IMG/VR virus record: IMGVR_UViG_2908764845_000006
Location: 1 to 64,000 of that record
Direction: 5' to 3' (one strand)
DNA from: a virus
Lineage: Duplodnaviria > Caudoviricetes
Length of the DNA: 64,000 bases
The notes under the pieces were generated by a model that worked only from the letters and a program-made list of their open reading frames with translations, was not told the origin of the DNA and did not search any database. Positions within the stretch are counted from its first letter, which is position 1. Each line of letters begins with the position of its first letter. Positions 36,979 through 46,458 of the stretch are shown here, piece after piece. The position numbers and the translations under genes are program-made.

Positions 36979-39942
36979 TCAGACCTGGCCGCGCGTCGGC
37001 ATCTGCCGACGCATGGACGCCTCGGTGGCTCGGGTGTTGAGCTCCTCGGACGTGATCTTCGCCAGATCACTGGTCACCATGTCGATGGCCTTCTCCGCGA
37101 CGCGGTAGGGACCGTTCGGCACGGCGGCCGGATAGAGCGAGACCTCGGCGACACGCTTGGTGAGGTCGCCGTTCTGGGTGGTCAGGGTCGCGATCTCCTC
37201 GCGGAGCGGACCCGTAGCCTTGGCGACCTCGTCGCTGATCTTCAGCGCGATGCCGGCCTCGATGTCCTTGAACAGCTGGGCCTGCGCGGCCGAAGCGGCA
37301 GCGACCTGCGCCTTGAGCAGATCGTTCGCCTCGATCGCCTTGCCGAGATCGTCGCCGGCGGCCTTCTCCGCAGCACCGCAGCAGCCCTTGTCGAGCTTGA
37401 CCATGGTGTCGTGGATTTCCTTGATCGCGGCGCGATCCTTGGCGCTGTGCCGCGCGCCGCGCTTGAGGAGATCGGCCAGCGGAGCTGCGCGCGTCAGCGC
37501 CTCGCTCTGCTCTTCGGCCTTGATGTGGGTCAGCACGGTGTCGAGCACGGCCGCGACGATGTCGCCGAGGTCGACCAGCGCGGCGCCGAAGCGGTCGCGC
37601 AGCTCCTTCGGCACCTCGATGCCCCACTCGCCCTCGGTCATGTTCTCGCACGCCTGAACGCACGCGAGCATGTTGGTGAGGTCGCCCATCATGTAGAGGC
37701 CGGCGCCCTTGGCGAGCTCGTCGCCCTCGATCGCCTCGCCCTTGAACACGAGGCCCTCGGGCAGCTTGTCGACGAGCGACAGCGCGCGGGCGGCCTTGAC
37801 CAGCTCGCGGGTCTCCACGTGGGAGGCGTTCAATGCGTCGAACAGCGTGATCGCCTTCTCGACGCCCTCGGCGGTGGTGAGGTCAGCCTTCTCGACGGTT
37901 GCGGTCTCGCCTTCGGGCTTCGCATCGCCATCAGCGCCCTTGGCGACCTCGGCGGGCTTCTCGCCGGTCTTGAGCGCATCGAGCACCGGAGCTGCCGCCT
38001 TGGCGACCGCGTCCTTGGCTTCGAGCTCGGCGAGCGCCTTCAGCAGGTCGCCCTTCTTGGCGAAGGTCTGGTTCGGCAGGCGCGGCGACGCCCAGACCTG
38101 GGCGACGTCGTCGGGAGTGGTCTTGGTCAAATCGACGCCCTCGGTTGCGGTGTTTTCGATCGTGCCACCGGCTTCGACGGTGGCGGTGGCGCCCTTGGCG
38201 ACCTCGGCAGCGGCCGCCTCAGCGGCGACCGGCTCAGCAGCGGCCTGCTCGACGGGAGCGGCCTTCTTGGCGGCGGCCTCGTCCTCGAGCGCCTTGCGGG
38301 CGTCGGCGATGTGCACCAGCCAGTCACCACCCTTCTCGGTCGCGATCTCGGTGGCGCGCTTGGCGACCATGTCGTTGGTGATGACGATCTCCTCGGTGGT
38401 CTCCGGCTTGGAGGCCTCGCCGCCAGCGAACTTGCGCATCTCCTCGGTGCCGTCCGCCTTGATCATGGAGAACGTGGCGGAGGGCCCGCACGGCAGGTCG
38501 ACCAGCGAAATCTCGGAGGGCGCGGCGGTATAGCGCTTTGCGTCGCCATCCTGCCAGCGCTTGAGGTAGCGGCCGCCGATGGAGAAGCCGGTGTAGACGC
38601 CCTCCTCGACCTTCTTCCACTCGTTGTCGTCGACGACCTTGGCGGCGATGTCGATCGCCTTGCGCGCATCGTCGAAGCCGATGTCGGTCAGCTTGCCGGC
38701 CGCGATCGCCGAGTGCATCGAACGCACGTTGCCGAGGCTCTTGCCGTCGGTCACCTTCGCGATGTCGCCCGACCACTTCTCGAAGTGCGGCTTCGAGGTC
38801 GCGTAGTCGAAGATCTCGTTGGCGCGATCGACTTCCTCGACCACTGCGGTGCCGTAAACGATGCGCTTGGCGGCATCGACCTTCGCGATTTGCACGAAGA
38901 GCGAAAGATTATCCATGTCCAGTTCTCCTGCGTCGCGTTTTTCGACGACGGTTGACATCCAGTTTTCTTTGATCTCGGCCCACTGCTCGGGTCCGAACTC
39001 AAGCACGCCGTCGAACGGCGCCATCTCGTCGATGACGATGTCCGCTCCCTGATAGGTGAGCGTGACGTGCGATTTGAAGTCAGGCCACCGCCAGACGGCG
39101 CCTGCGTCGTGGATCTCGCGATGACGCGAGGCGAGCTCGTCGGAGTGGAAGCGAAGCACGAGGGCTTCACCTTCCTTGCCGAGGCGCTCGAGGTGACGCT
39201 CACCGCCTTCGACCCGGAAGATCGGCACGGTGGAGCGCGGCACGCCGGACCATTCGACCGGCTCTTTCGAGTAGGCGATGGTGACGTGGAAATCGTCGAT
39301 GGGCAGCGTGACCGGGAAGCCGTTGGCTGCGGCCCAGCTCTTGAGTGCCTCGCCGTTGCGAAGGCTGCGCTTGATGTAGAGCGTGCGCTTGTCGCCCTTG
39401 GCGAAGCGCATCGGGCCGCCCTCGACGACGGAAATGACGAGCGGCAGCGAAGCGCGGACGCCGGGATGCAGCGGCTCGGGCGGCGCGCGCAGATATTCCC
39501 AGCGCGCCTCGGTGTGCTCGTCGTTCAGCTTGACGGCGAGCTTCTCCTCGACGCGCTGAACGAAGGTGGTGAAGTCGACCCGGCCGGTTGCGATCTGGCA
39601 GACCTGGCCGCGGATGCCTGCAGGGTCGAGCGTGATGCCGGCCTCTTCGAGCGTCTCGCGGATTGCTGCCTCTTCGGCCGTCTCGCCCGCGTCGATGCCC
39701 CCGCCCGGGAAATTCCACTCGCCGCCGTGGTCCCCACCCGGGGCCCGCTTCATGAACAGCGCGCGTCCATCCGGGGTCACGATGGCGATGCCGGCCGCCT
39801 GATGGCGGCCCGCGTCCGGATCGACGGCCGCCTTGGTGGCGTCCTTCTTCTTTTTCTTCTTCTGGCCCTCGAGGTCGTAGCCCTGAAGGCCGGACGTTGC
39901 CGACGCCGGCGCGGCGAAGGTCGATTTCTCCGCCGCGGTCAT
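36979..39942 (-). CDS. NUDIX hydrolase + Acb1-like 2H phosphoesterase + prohead protease + scaffold polyprotein
   Basis: Nudix box GGGIDAGETAEEAAIRETLEEAG; two HxT motifs (FHVTIAY, SHVTLTY); RSMH..GFSIGG..EISLVD.P protease; Ala/Glu/Lys-rich tail. Confidence 0.85.
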   Translation of the reverse strand: MTAAEKSTFAAPASATSGLQGYDLEGQKKKKKKDATKAAVDPDAGRHQAAGIAIVTPDGRALFMKRAPGGDHGGEWNFPGGGIDAGETAEEAAIRETLEEAGITLDPAGIRGQVCQIATGRVDFTTFVQRVEEKLAVKLNDEHTEARWEYLRAPPEPLHPGVRASLPLVISVVEGGPMRFAKGDKRTLYIKRSLRNGEALKSWAAANGFPVTLPIDDFHVTIAYSKEPVEWSGVPRSTVPIFRVEGGERHLERLGKEGEALVLRFHSDELASRHREIHDAGAVWRWPDFKSHVTLTYQGADIVIDEMAPFDGVLEFGPEQWAEIKENWMSTVVEKRDAGELDMDNLSLFVQIAKVDAAKRIVYGTAVVEEVDRANEIFDYATSKPHFEKWSGDIAKVTDGKSLGNVRSMHSAIAAGKLTDIGFDDARKAIDIAAKVVDDNEWKKVEEGVYTGFSIGGRYLKRWQDGDAKRYTAAPSEISLVDLPCGPSATFSMIKADGTEEMRKFAGGEASKPETTEEIVITNDMVAKRATEIATEKGGDWLVHIADARKALEDEAAAKKAAPVEQAAAEPVAAEAAAAEVAKGATATVEAGGTIENTATEGVDLTKTTPDDVAQVWASPRLPNQTFAKKGDLLKALAELEAKDAVAKAAAPVLDALKTGEKPAEVAKGADGDAKPEGETATVEKADLTTAEGVEKAITLFDALNASHVETRELVKAARALSLVDKLPEGLVFKGEAIEGDELAKGAGLYMMGDLTNMLACVQACENMTEGEWGIEVPKELRDRFGAALVDLGDIVAAVLDTVLTHIKAEEQSEALTRAAPLADLLKRGARHSAKDRAAIKEIHDTMVKLDKGCCGAAEKAAGDDLGKAIEANDLLKAQVAAASAAQAQLFKDIEAGIALKISDEVAKATGPLREEIATLTTQNGDLTKRVAEVSLYPAAVPNGPYRVAEKAIDMVTSDLAKITSEELNTRATEASMRRQMPTRGQV

Positions 39943-39964
39943 GGCGTCTCCGGGAGCTGGGGGA

Positions 39965-41173
39965 TCAGGTGAGCGTGTTGGCCCACGCCGTGATGGTCGG
40001 CGCGATGTTTGCGTTGCCAAGCGCGTTCGGGTGGATGCCGTCGGCGGTGAGAACGCCGCCCGAGACCTTCCACTTGCCGGGGTTGGCCGGATCTTCGACC
40101 ACCGCGGCGACGTCGATGACGCCGTCGATGGTCACGCCGACCTGCGTCAGCAGCCATGCGTTGAACAGGCCGCGGATGCCGGTGCTTTCGTAGTTGGCAA
40201 CGACGGTCTGGCCGCCCGTCGTGGTGAAGCCGTCCGACGAGGTGCAGCGCGGCAGCAGCGTGCACTGGTAGACCTTGAGGCCCCGCGCCTTCGCCGACTT
40301 CCAGTTCGCGAGGGCCAACGTCTGCATGCTGGCGAGCGAGACGCCGCCGGCAGGATCGTTGTTGCCCATGTCGGTGACGTAGTGGGTGGCGTACTCCATC
40401 AGGCTGTCGCGCCGCCAGCCGTGCCCGATTGCACCCTCGCCCTGCAGGCTGTCGCCCGCGCGCGCCAAGTTCATATACGGGATGGCGCCGCCCGAGGCGC
40501 CGACCAACCCGCGCTCGAGGAAGCCGTTTGCGCCGACGTTGTTGTTCACGTCAGCCACGCCGACCGCGATGCTGTCACCGCGGATCACGACGGCGGGCGT
40601 CGGGGTCAGCGGATAGCCGAGCACTGCGAGCGGACCATAGCCCTTTGAGACCAGCACGCCGCCGTTCGCCACCATAGCGCCGGTGAAGCCGAGAACCTGG
40701 CTGCTGCCGGAGGTGTTCTCGACGAAGGTGTCGGCGGTGGTCAGCGTCAGCACGCCGTACTGCACGAACTGACCGGCGGAGGCGACCGTGACGCCGGTAC
40801 GGATGGCAAAATCGGTGCTCGGCGCCAGATCGGCGCCGATCTTGTCGGAGATGAAGTAGTGGGCGCCGGCGGCGAGCAGCCGGTTGACCTGCGCGCCGAA
40901 GAACGCCCGGCGGGTGAACACGCCGGTCAGCGACTCGAGCGCCGCCTCCACCGTGATGTCGTTCGGCGCGTCGGCGTCCGAGCTGGTCGCGTTGGCGAGG
41001 AAGTTGCCGTACAGGAGGCGGATGTCGCGCACATAGACCGGCGCCGAGCGCATCTTGATGCGGCTCTCGAACCGGGTCGCGGTGCCGCCGCCCTGCGTGT
41101 AGTCGCCCATGACGCGGCCGCGCGTGGCGACGACCTGCAGCTTGCGCGGGGAGATGCGTTGGAAGTCGGTCAT
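39965..41173 (-). CDS. SGNH/GDSL hydrolase (esterase)
   Basis: GDSI, GNND and DGIHP blocks. Confidence 0.85.
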   Translation of the reverse strand: MTDFQRISPRKLQVVATRGRVMGDYTQGGGTATRFESRIKMRSAPVYVRDIRLLYGNFLANATSSDADAPNDITVEAALESLTGVFTRRAFFGAQVNRLLAAGAHYFISDKIGADLAPSTDFAIRTGVTVASAGQFVQYGVLTLTTADTFVENTSGSSQVLGFTGAMVANGGVLVSKGYGPLAVLGYPLTPTPAVVIRGDSIAVGVADVNNNVGANGFLERGLVGASGGAIPYMNLARAGDSLQGEGAIGHGWRRDSLMEYATHYVTDMGNNDPAGGVSLASMQTLALANWKSAKARGLKVYQCTLLPRCTSSDGFTTTGGQTVVANYESTGIRGLFNAWLLTQVGVTIDGVIDVAAVVEDPANPGKWKVSGGVLTADGIHPNALGNANIAPTITAWANTLT

Positions 41174-41177
41174 CGGT

Positions 41178-41405
41178 TCACATCCTTACGAGCGTGACGA
41201 CGGGCTCGGCTGCGGAGCGCGAGGTCGCAGCGGTCACGCGCTGCCCGTTGAAGGTGACGAAATCCCAGCGAGTGCCGGCCGGTGCGGCCACGCCACCGGC
41301 GTAGGAGGCGGCGACCGGCGCCGACGAGGCGGTGCGGTCGAGTGTCGCCCGGCGCGCGATCGACGCGCGGCGAGCCAGCTGCAGCCGGCTCACGCCGCGA
41401 TCCAC
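41178..41405 (-). CDS. small hypothetical protein
   Basis: ORF coupled to neighbours. Confidence 0.45.
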   Translation of the reverse strand: MDRGVSRLQLARRASIARRATLDRTASSAPVAASYAGGVAAPAGTRWDFVTFNGQRVTAATSRSAAEPVVTLVRM

Positions 41406-41722
41406 GCAATCTTGTCGCCGGCGTCGACCAGAATATCGACGGCGCCGAAGCTCGGATCGAAGTAGCGCAGCGGACCCACGTTGGTGTCCGCGTTCGGGCC
41501 GACGGTGTAGAAGATCGCGGCCGAGGCGTTGATCGTCAGCATCGGCAGCAGCAGCTCCGCGTTCGGCAGAACGCTGCCGGCCTGCGCCGCGATGGAGGAC
41601 TGCCCGGGGTTCGCCATCAGCTGCGCCCCGGTCGCGCCGTAAGGCAGCGCGACATGGGGCACGCCACCGGCAAAGCCGACGTTGCAGTATCCGAAAGTGA
41701 TGTGAACGCCAGACAGAGCCAT
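41390..41722 (-). CDS. hypothetical virion protein
   Basis: ORF with AGGA upstream; ends GDKIAWIAA. Confidence 0.6.
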   Translation of the reverse strand: MALSGVHITFGYCNVGFAGGVPHVALPYGATGAQLMANPGQSSIAAQAGSVLPNAELLLPMLTINASAAIFYTVGPNADTNVGPLRYFDPSFGAVDILVDAGDKIAWIAA

Positions 41723-41762
41723 GGAGGTGTCCTACCGGTTGAGCGCGGTTGAGGGCGTGAGA

Positions 41763-42083
41763 TCAGGCGGTGGCGCCCGTCTCGTTCTTCCAGTTCTTGC
41801 CGTCCCAGATCACCAGGTGGTTGATCGTGGTGTCGTAGAAGCGGAAGCCGATGAGCAGCGGATGAGTGCCGAGCGCCGAGGTCGGCCGCGCAGTGGTCGG
41901 ACCGGACGGCGCCAGCAGCATCCAGCCGTTGGCCTGCAGTCCCGCCGAGTCGAACTCGGGCACGTCCTGCACTCCGCCCGCCGGATCGAAGGTGCGACCG
42001 TTGACGGTGACCTTGCGGCCGTTCGCGGGCGGGATCAGACGGTGGGTGGTGATGGTGGAGTTGATGGTCACGGCGTTACCCAT
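41763..42083 (-). CDS. hypothetical virion protein
   Basis: GPTTARP...YDTT...IWDG.NW motif. Confidence 0.6.
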   Translation of the reverse strand: MGNAVTINSTITTHRLIPPANGRKVTVNGRTFDPAGGVQDVPEFDSAGLQANGWMLLAPSGPTTARPTSALGTHPLLIGFRFYDTTINHLVIWDGKNWKNETGATA

Positions 42084-42279
42084 TGAACTTGTCCCCCAAG
42101 GGTTCGAGCTCGCCGACCGAGACATACTTGTCCGGTCGCGCGAGCTGAGCGGCCGCCGCGTTGCGGTGAGCCATCTCGTTGATCCGGCGAAGCTCGGCGA
42201 GCGTCAGCATCTGCTGGCCGCTCTCCTTCGCCTCGTTCCGGCGAGCGCCGCGGTATGATCCGGCTGGTCGGGCCATCAC
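42076..42279 (-). CDS. small hypothetical protein
   Basis: Coupled to the portal stop. Confidence 0.45.
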   Translation of the reverse strand: MMARPAGSYRGARRNEAKESGQQMLTLAELRRINEMAHRNAAAAQLARPDKYVSVGELEPLGDKFNG

Positions 42280-43958
42280 TTGTCCTTCTTGGGCGGCGCC
42301 TTGGCGCCGACCTTGGTTGAGGGGGGCGATGTGGAGGGGGTCTTGGTGGAGCCCGGCTCGGGCGCCGTGGGCTGCGGGACGGCTTGCGCCATCGCCTTCG
42401 CCTCGGTGACCTTCTGGTCGAGCTGACCGTTGTCGATGTTGACGTAGCCGGTTGCGGTCTTGACCATCAGCTGGCTTGCCGCAGGGTTCGGATCAGGCTC
42501 CTCGCCGATCTTCTCCCGGACCTGATTGATGGTCAGGATGCCGTCCTCGGCGTAGCCGCGCAGGATGGTCGACTGCTTCTCCGGGTCGATCTCCTGCTCT
42601 TCCGCCCACGCGAACTCGAGGTCGTCGTCGGAGAACTCGCGCATCAGCACGTCGTTGAGGGTCTCGGTGACCCACTGCTTCATGGGCTCGATGCCCTCCT
42701 CCTCGGCCTGCTTCTCGTGCTGCTCGGCGATCGAGCGGTTCGAGAGCGAGACGAAGGCGGCCGGCGGATAGGAGAACGCGAAGCAGACGATGCGGACCAG
42801 CCACTCGTCGAACTCGTTCTTGAGCGGCGGCTCCTTGAGCGGCGTGTAGGCGTTGCCGGAGCCGGTCGGGATGAACTTCATCCGGCGACGGTTGGCGAGG
42901 TTGCCCGAGAACAGATCGTCCCAATACTGCTGGAAGCGTGCAGTCTGGTCCGGCGTCCACTCGGCCGGCAGCGAATACACCGCGTCCGGCTGGTTGCCTT
43001 CGCGGAAGTATTCGAGCTGCGCCAGCGAGCGGCGCAGCGCGATCGAGACGGTCATCACGACCTGCTCGACCGGCGAATAGCCATAGACCCGGTTAGGACG
43101 CAGATTGAGCGGCCGATAGATCAGGTCCGCCGTGGTGTAGTTCACTGCCGGGAGACCTTTCAGCACCTGCTGATAGGCCGGAGGCAGCATCGCGAACTTC
43201 GGCGGCTTCATGCCGATCGGCGTCTGATGCGCGATCATGGAGCCGGGCACCAGCCGGAAGCCGAAGGTCCGGTGGTTCTCCAGCGTGATGGTGTCGCCGT
43301 TCCACGTGAAGTCCTGCCCGGTGAACGGGATGGGCTCCGGGGTGCGGCCCCAATCGTCGATCACCCGCTTGATGGTGCCGCCGTCGACGTAGCGCAGGCC
43401 GATCAGCCCGCCGCCACGGTTGCGCTCGCAGAAGATCGACGGGGCGTCGATCACGAGCAGATCCTCGAGGATCGCGCGCAGCCAGGATCGGAAGGTCATC
43501 TCCCGGTCGGGCCGCTTGAAGAAGCGCGTGATCTCCTTGATGCGGTTCTGCTGAGCCGCAGGCAGCTCGGAGATCGGCGGCCGCTTCTTCTTGCTGCTGT
43601 CCTCGTGCTTGACGCGGATGGTCCACGGCAGGCGGCACATCTGATCCTTGCGCCGCTCGATGACGAGCCGCATCGGGTCGTAGCTGTCGGCGAGGTTGCG
43701 CAGCGCCGGGAACGAGATTTCCTCGTAGGTGCGCGGCGTGGTGGCGAGGTTGTAGCCCGGGATGAAATCCCAGACGCGGCCTGCGACCTCGGGCGGGGCA
43801 ATCGGCTGGATCGGGTTGAGAGGTCCGAACCAGTCGGCGCCCTGCGCGGTGCCGTAGCCCGCGCCCGGCGTGACCGGGCGCCCTTGCGACGACACGTTGA
43901 CGTCGTAGGGAGAGAGCGACCGCATCGAGCGGCCTTCTCCGCGAGGGGTGGACACCAT
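42276..43958 (-). CDS. portal protein
   Basis: YGYSPVEQ, YF.EGN.P and GILTINQVR..G..P motifs. Confidence 0.9.
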   Translation of the reverse strand: MVSTPRGEGRSMRSLSPYDVNVSSQGRPVTPGAGYGTAQGADWFGPLNPIQPIAPPEVAGRVWDFIPGYNLATTPRTYEEISFPALRNLADSYDPMRLVIERRKDQMCRLPWTIRVKHEDSSKKKRPPISELPAAQQNRIKEITRFFKRPDREMTFRSWLRAILEDLLVIDAPSIFCERNRGGGLIGLRYVDGGTIKRVIDDWGRTPEPIPFTGQDFTWNGDTITLENHRTFGFRLVPGSMIAHQTPIGMKPPKFAMLPPAYQQVLKGLPAVNYTTADLIYRPLNLRPNRVYGYSPVEQVVMTVSIALRRSLAQLEYFREGNQPDAVYSLPAEWTPDQTARFQQYWDDLFSGNLANRRRMKFIPTGSGNAYTPLKEPPLKNEFDEWLVRIVCFAFSYPPAAFVSLSNRSIAEQHEKQAEEEGIEPMKQWVTETLNDVLMREFSDDDLEFAWAEEQEIDPEKQSTILRGYAEDGILTINQVREKIGEEPDPNPAASQLMVKTATGYVNIDNGQLDQKVTEAKAMAQAVPQPTAPEPGSTKTPSTSPPSTKVGAKAPPKKDK

Positions 43959-43974
43959 CCTGCAGCTTCCGTTT

Positions 43975-45684
43975 TTACGTTGTGGGCCCCGCTTGAGGCG
44001 TTGGCGCGGGCAGCGGGACGCGCTCCCAGCCCCGTTGCATGAAGGCTGAGGCGTCGTCCTTGCTGACGGCGATGATGCGGTTGGCCGGCGGGTATGCTGC
44101 CGTGCCGTCCATCAGGTAGACGGTCGATACGTCGTCCGGCACGCGGATCAGCACCTTGTCGCGCGGAGGCGTGGCCGGTGTGATCTCGAAGCCGAACTGG
44201 GGACCTTCCGGAGGCGGGGCGCTTGCGGCCCCGCCCTGCTGCTGCGCGCCCTCGGCGAGCCGCTTGTAATACTCGATCCAGCTGTTGGCGCCGGAAGCGA
44301 GAGCCAGGTCGTTCACCGCCCAGATCCATGCGTCGGCACGGTCAGGCGACTTCGGTCCGCCGTAACCGAGCGTGGTGAAGGCGGTGAGCTGGTCCTCCAG
44401 CTCGTTGAAGCGTCCGACGTGGCGCACGCCGTTGCGGGTATACAGCGTGGAGATCGGCTCGGCGCGGACGTGCTTGCCCTTGCTTGCATGCACCACGCGC
44501 ACCGGGACGTTACCGTCCAGCGAGCGGATGACGTAGGCGACCATGTCGCCGCCGTAGTTGGTCTCGGCGATGATGTGGTCGGCGCCGTAGGCGTGGTAGG
44601 CGGCGATTGCCGCCTTGCCCCAGTTCTCCGGACCGCCGACGATCGACAGGTCGGCGCGCAGATAGACACGGTTGTCCTTGCCGAGCGAGGCGACAATGAT
44701 GCCGATCTCGTCGTTGAGCGGCTTCTGCTCGACGTCGGTCTTGTCGCCGGGCTCGGATGCGCCGGACGGGTCGATCGAGACCACGGTCTGCACATATTCC
44801 GGCTCGTCGCCGACGACGACGCGGCAGCTCTCGATCATCTCGGTGGTCCAGAGCGCGCCGACGTTCTCGTCGATGTAGGCGCCTTCCCAGAACCGCTTGC
44901 GATAGTTGCCGGTCGAGTTTTCGAGTTCCTTGATGTAGCCCGCGTCAAGGTTCGCGATGTTGTCAGCGGGATTGATGAACATCCGCTGGTAGTTCTCGGG
45001 GTCGTTGATCGCGACCTTGGTCTCTGGGTCCTTGAGCTCGCCGAACAGGACGTTGGTCCAGTGCGACTTGCCGACCGGGTTGATGTCGTAGAACATCCGC
45101 TGCCGGCAGCCGGCGACGACCTGGGCGAGACGCGAGCGGACCAGCTTGGCGGTGTACCAGCTGATCTGCGAGCACTCGTTGAGGAAGATCGTGGCGTATT
45201 CGGCGCCGAGGATCTTGTCGGCGCGCGAGGCGTCGTCGAGACCGCCGATCCAGATTTCCGATCCGTTCGGAAACCGCACCACGTTGTGGGGGTGGCGCGA
45301 ATGCCTGTATGTCGTCCCCGGGAAGAAGAGCTTCATCACCTTCGGCAGGGTGTCGAGACCCACCGAGGCGTCGGCATGGACCGCGCGGTTGCGCAGGATC
45401 ACATGGCGGGAGCCCGGGAAGCGCAACGCGCGCAGCACGATGGTGCGGACGAGCGTCGTGGTCTTGCCGGAGCGGGCGCCGCCGACCAGACAGGTGTGGC
45501 GCTGATCGCCACCGAGCAGGATGGTGGCCTTCTCCTGCGCCGGCGTTGCGCCCTTCTCGCCCCATGACGAGAGCGCGGGGCCGCCATTGTGCCCGACCTT
45601 GGTCGGGCCCTCGGCGCCGACGATGACGAACTGAGGGCCCCTGCTGGGGGCTTTTTTCTGCCGCGCGGCCTTAGAGCTTGGCAT
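43975..45684 (-). CDS. terL: terminase large subunit
   Basis: GGARSGKT Walker A, IFLNE Walker B, SIDP and SPDRADA nuclease motifs. Confidence 0.92.
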   Translation of the reverse strand: MPSSKAARQKKAPSRGPQFVIVGAEGPTKVGHNGGPALSSWGEKGATPAQEKATILLGGDQRHTCLVGGARSGKTTTLVRTIVLRALRFPGSRHVILRNRAVHADASVGLDTLPKVMKLFFPGTTYRHSRHPHNVVRFPNGSEIWIGGLDDASRADKILGAEYATIFLNECSQISWYTAKLVRSRLAQVVAGCRQRMFYDINPVGKSHWTNVLFGELKDPETKVAINDPENYQRMFINPADNIANLDAGYIKELENSTGNYRKRFWEGAYIDENVGALWTTEMIESCRVVVGDEPEYVQTVVSIDPSGASEPGDKTDVEQKPLNDEIGIIVASLGKDNRVYLRADLSIVGGPENWGKAAIAAYHAYGADHIIAETNYGGDMVAYVIRSLDGNVPVRVVHASKGKHVRAEPISTLYTRNGVRHVGRFNELEDQLTAFTTLGYGGPKSPDRADAWIWAVNDLALASGANSWIEYYKRLAEGAQQQGGAASAPPPEGPQFGFEITPATPPRDKVLIRVPDDVSTVYLMDGTAAYPPANRIIAVSKDDASAFMQRGWERVPLPAPTPQAGPTT

Positions 45685-46159
45685 CAGCCGCCGAGATCAC
45701 GAACACGGGCTGGGCCCCGCCCGCGACCTCGCCGGAGTGCTCGACCTTCTGCGGCGCATAGAGCCCGAGCAGCTTGGCCTGAAACTCCATGGTGCGACGT
45801 GCCTGATCCATGCTCTCGCCGACCCCCTCGAAGGCGTCGGCCAGGGTTGCGGTGAGCATCATCTCGAGGCGCGCGGCCATAAGGCTGCGCAGCTCTTCGA
45901 CGCCCTCGATCGGCTGGCTCTCCATCGCATAGCGGACGAGCTTGTAGGCGTAGGTGCGATTGACCTTCAGCTCCTCGCCGATCTGCTGGAACGTGTAGCC
46001 CTGCAGGCGATACTGAACGGCCTCCTCGGCCTTGCGCTTGAACGCCGCGGTGACAGCGATCTCGCGGGGCGAGGTCGATGAGTTCTTGACGGTTTTCTTG
46101 CCCTTCTTCCTCCGACGGTCCTTGCCGTCCGACTGGGCTGCGACTGCTTTGTTGGGCAT
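45671..46159 (-). CDS. terS: terminase small subunit
   Basis: HTH (G.TFQQIGEEL), AKLLGL.AP.KVEHSG; overlaps terL. Confidence 0.8.
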   Translation of the reverse strand: MPNKAVAAQSDGKDRRRKKGKKTVKNSSTSPREIAVTAAFKRKAEEAVQYRLQGYTFQQIGEELKVNRTYAYKLVRYAMESQPIEGVEELRSLMAARLEMMLTATLADAFEGVGESMDQARRTMEFQAKLLGLYAPQKVEHSGEVAGGAQPVFVISAADAKL

Positions 46160-46282
46160 GGGGACACTGAATTTCGTTGGTCTCGTGGGTCTCGATGGTC
46201 GGGTGGCGGGCGCCACAAAGAGAAAGGGGCCGCCCTGCGAAGGCGACCCCTTTCCCTAAGCTCGGTGACGAGCTTGGCAGGC

Positions 46283-46414
46283 TTACTTGCTCTTCGGCGA
46301 CTTACCGCCCGACGTCTTGCTCTTGCGGCTCGACTTCTTCGCGCTCTTCTTCTTCGTGCGGGACTTCGCGGCCTTGTTGGCGCGCTTGACCGCCTTCTTC
46401 GCCTTCTTCGCCAT
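46283..46414 (-). CDS. 43-aa Lys/Arg/Ser-rich basic peptide (not in ORF track)
   Basis: MAKKAKKAVKRANKAAKSRTKKKSAKKSSRKSKTSGGKSPKSK; GGAG RBS; GC3 codon bias; followed by a hairpin at 46222-46254. Confidence 0.7.
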   Translation of the reverse strand: MAKKAKKAVKRANKAAKSRTKKKSAKKSSRKSKTSGGKSPKSK

Positions 46415-46458
46415 GATCGGCTACTCTCCGTGATGTGCGTCAGAGGTAGGCGCTGACA

